Virus record (IMG/VR): IMGVR_UViG_3300030392_000176
Location: 1 to 26,160 of that record
Strand: one strand, 5' to 3'
Origin: a virus
Taxonomy: Duplodnaviria > Caudoviricetes
DNA: 26,160 bases
Shown piece by piece: positions 25,877 through 26,160 of this stretch; the stretch's first letter is position 1; every line of letters begins with the position of its first letter. Made by a program: the position numbers and the translations under genes. The notes under the pieces were generated by a model. The model had not been told where the DNA came from, did not search any database, and saw nothing but the letters and a program-made list of their open reading frames with translations.

Positions 25877-26050
25877 TCAGTTAGAGTTTCTTTCAATTTT
25901 CTTATCTTCTCTACGATTGTAAGGTTTCCTGCCTTTCTTACTAGGAACAATTCTTTTTCTAAATAACTTCCATTCTCTTATCTTGGAGTAAGGACTTTTT
26001 CTAGGTGGATTAGTCATTTCAAGTAACCTAACGTACAACATTCCTATCAT
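25877..26050 (-). CDS. Small basic ArfA-like peptide (not in ORF track)
   Basis: 57 aa from ATG 26050, or 46 aa from ATG 26017: ...MTNPPRKSPYSKIREWKLFRKRIVPSKKGRKPYNRREDKKIERNSN*. Confidence 0.55.
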   Translation of the reverse strand: MIGMLYVRLLEMTNPPRKSPYSKIREWKLFRKRIVPSKKGRKPYNRREDKKIERNSN

Positions 26051-26065
26051 ATAATATCTCTTATG

Positions 26066-26158
26066 TTATATCAAACATCCACAAATTGTTTGAAGTATTC
26101 CTACTGTTAGAATATATAACATATATGAAGATAAGGCTACAATAACTAGCAATATCAA
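26066..26158 (-). CDS. Small membrane protein, C-terminal part (5'-partial)
   Basis: The frame is open from the window edge: LILLVIVALSSYMLYILTVGILQTICGCLI*. Confidence 0.4.
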   Translation of the reverse strand: MILLVIVALSSYMLYILTVGILQTICGCLI

Positions 26159-26160
26159 AT

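Noticed and set aside
1-26160. Stop-codon reassignment suggested by in-frame TAG|ATG junctions
   Set aside because: Conserved enzymes are full-length in the standard code, and TAA, TAG and TGA all end genes.

Overview
This 26 kb window is part of an AT-rich, lytic-type tailed dsDNA phage genome (podovirus-like) built as two convergent arms. The + arm (1-13536) carries late genes: a tail-fibre C-terminus and chaperone, four putative virion/ejection proteins, several small membrane (holin-like) proteins, a Usg-like gene and a 772-aa modular protein. The - arm (13537-26160) carries replication and nucleotide-supply genes: T7-like family A DNA polymerase (Tyr762 type), SSB, PD-(D/E)XK nucleases, T7 gp4-like primase-helicase, GIY-YIG nuclease, DUF3310, MazG-like pyrophosphatase, 2OG-Fe(II) oxygenase, class II ribonucleotide reductase and a Zn deaminase. 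This layout recalls SIO1/cobavirus-like (Zobellviridae-like) marine phages, and Usg hints at an alphaproteobacterial host; both points are inference. Three observations stand out. (1) A two-gene membrane-protein cassette sits exactly at the arm junction between perfect 21-bp direct repeats that keep both convergent flanking genes intact. (2) The 772-aa protein carries ParB/Srx-like and SAM-methyltransferase-like domains bracketed by six [YMS]xxGGx[VA] motifs. (3) An unannotated ArfA-like peptide lies in the early region. I saw no tRNA, rRNA, CRISPR array, integrase or RNA polymerase. All calls come from reading motifs by eye; no database searches were run.
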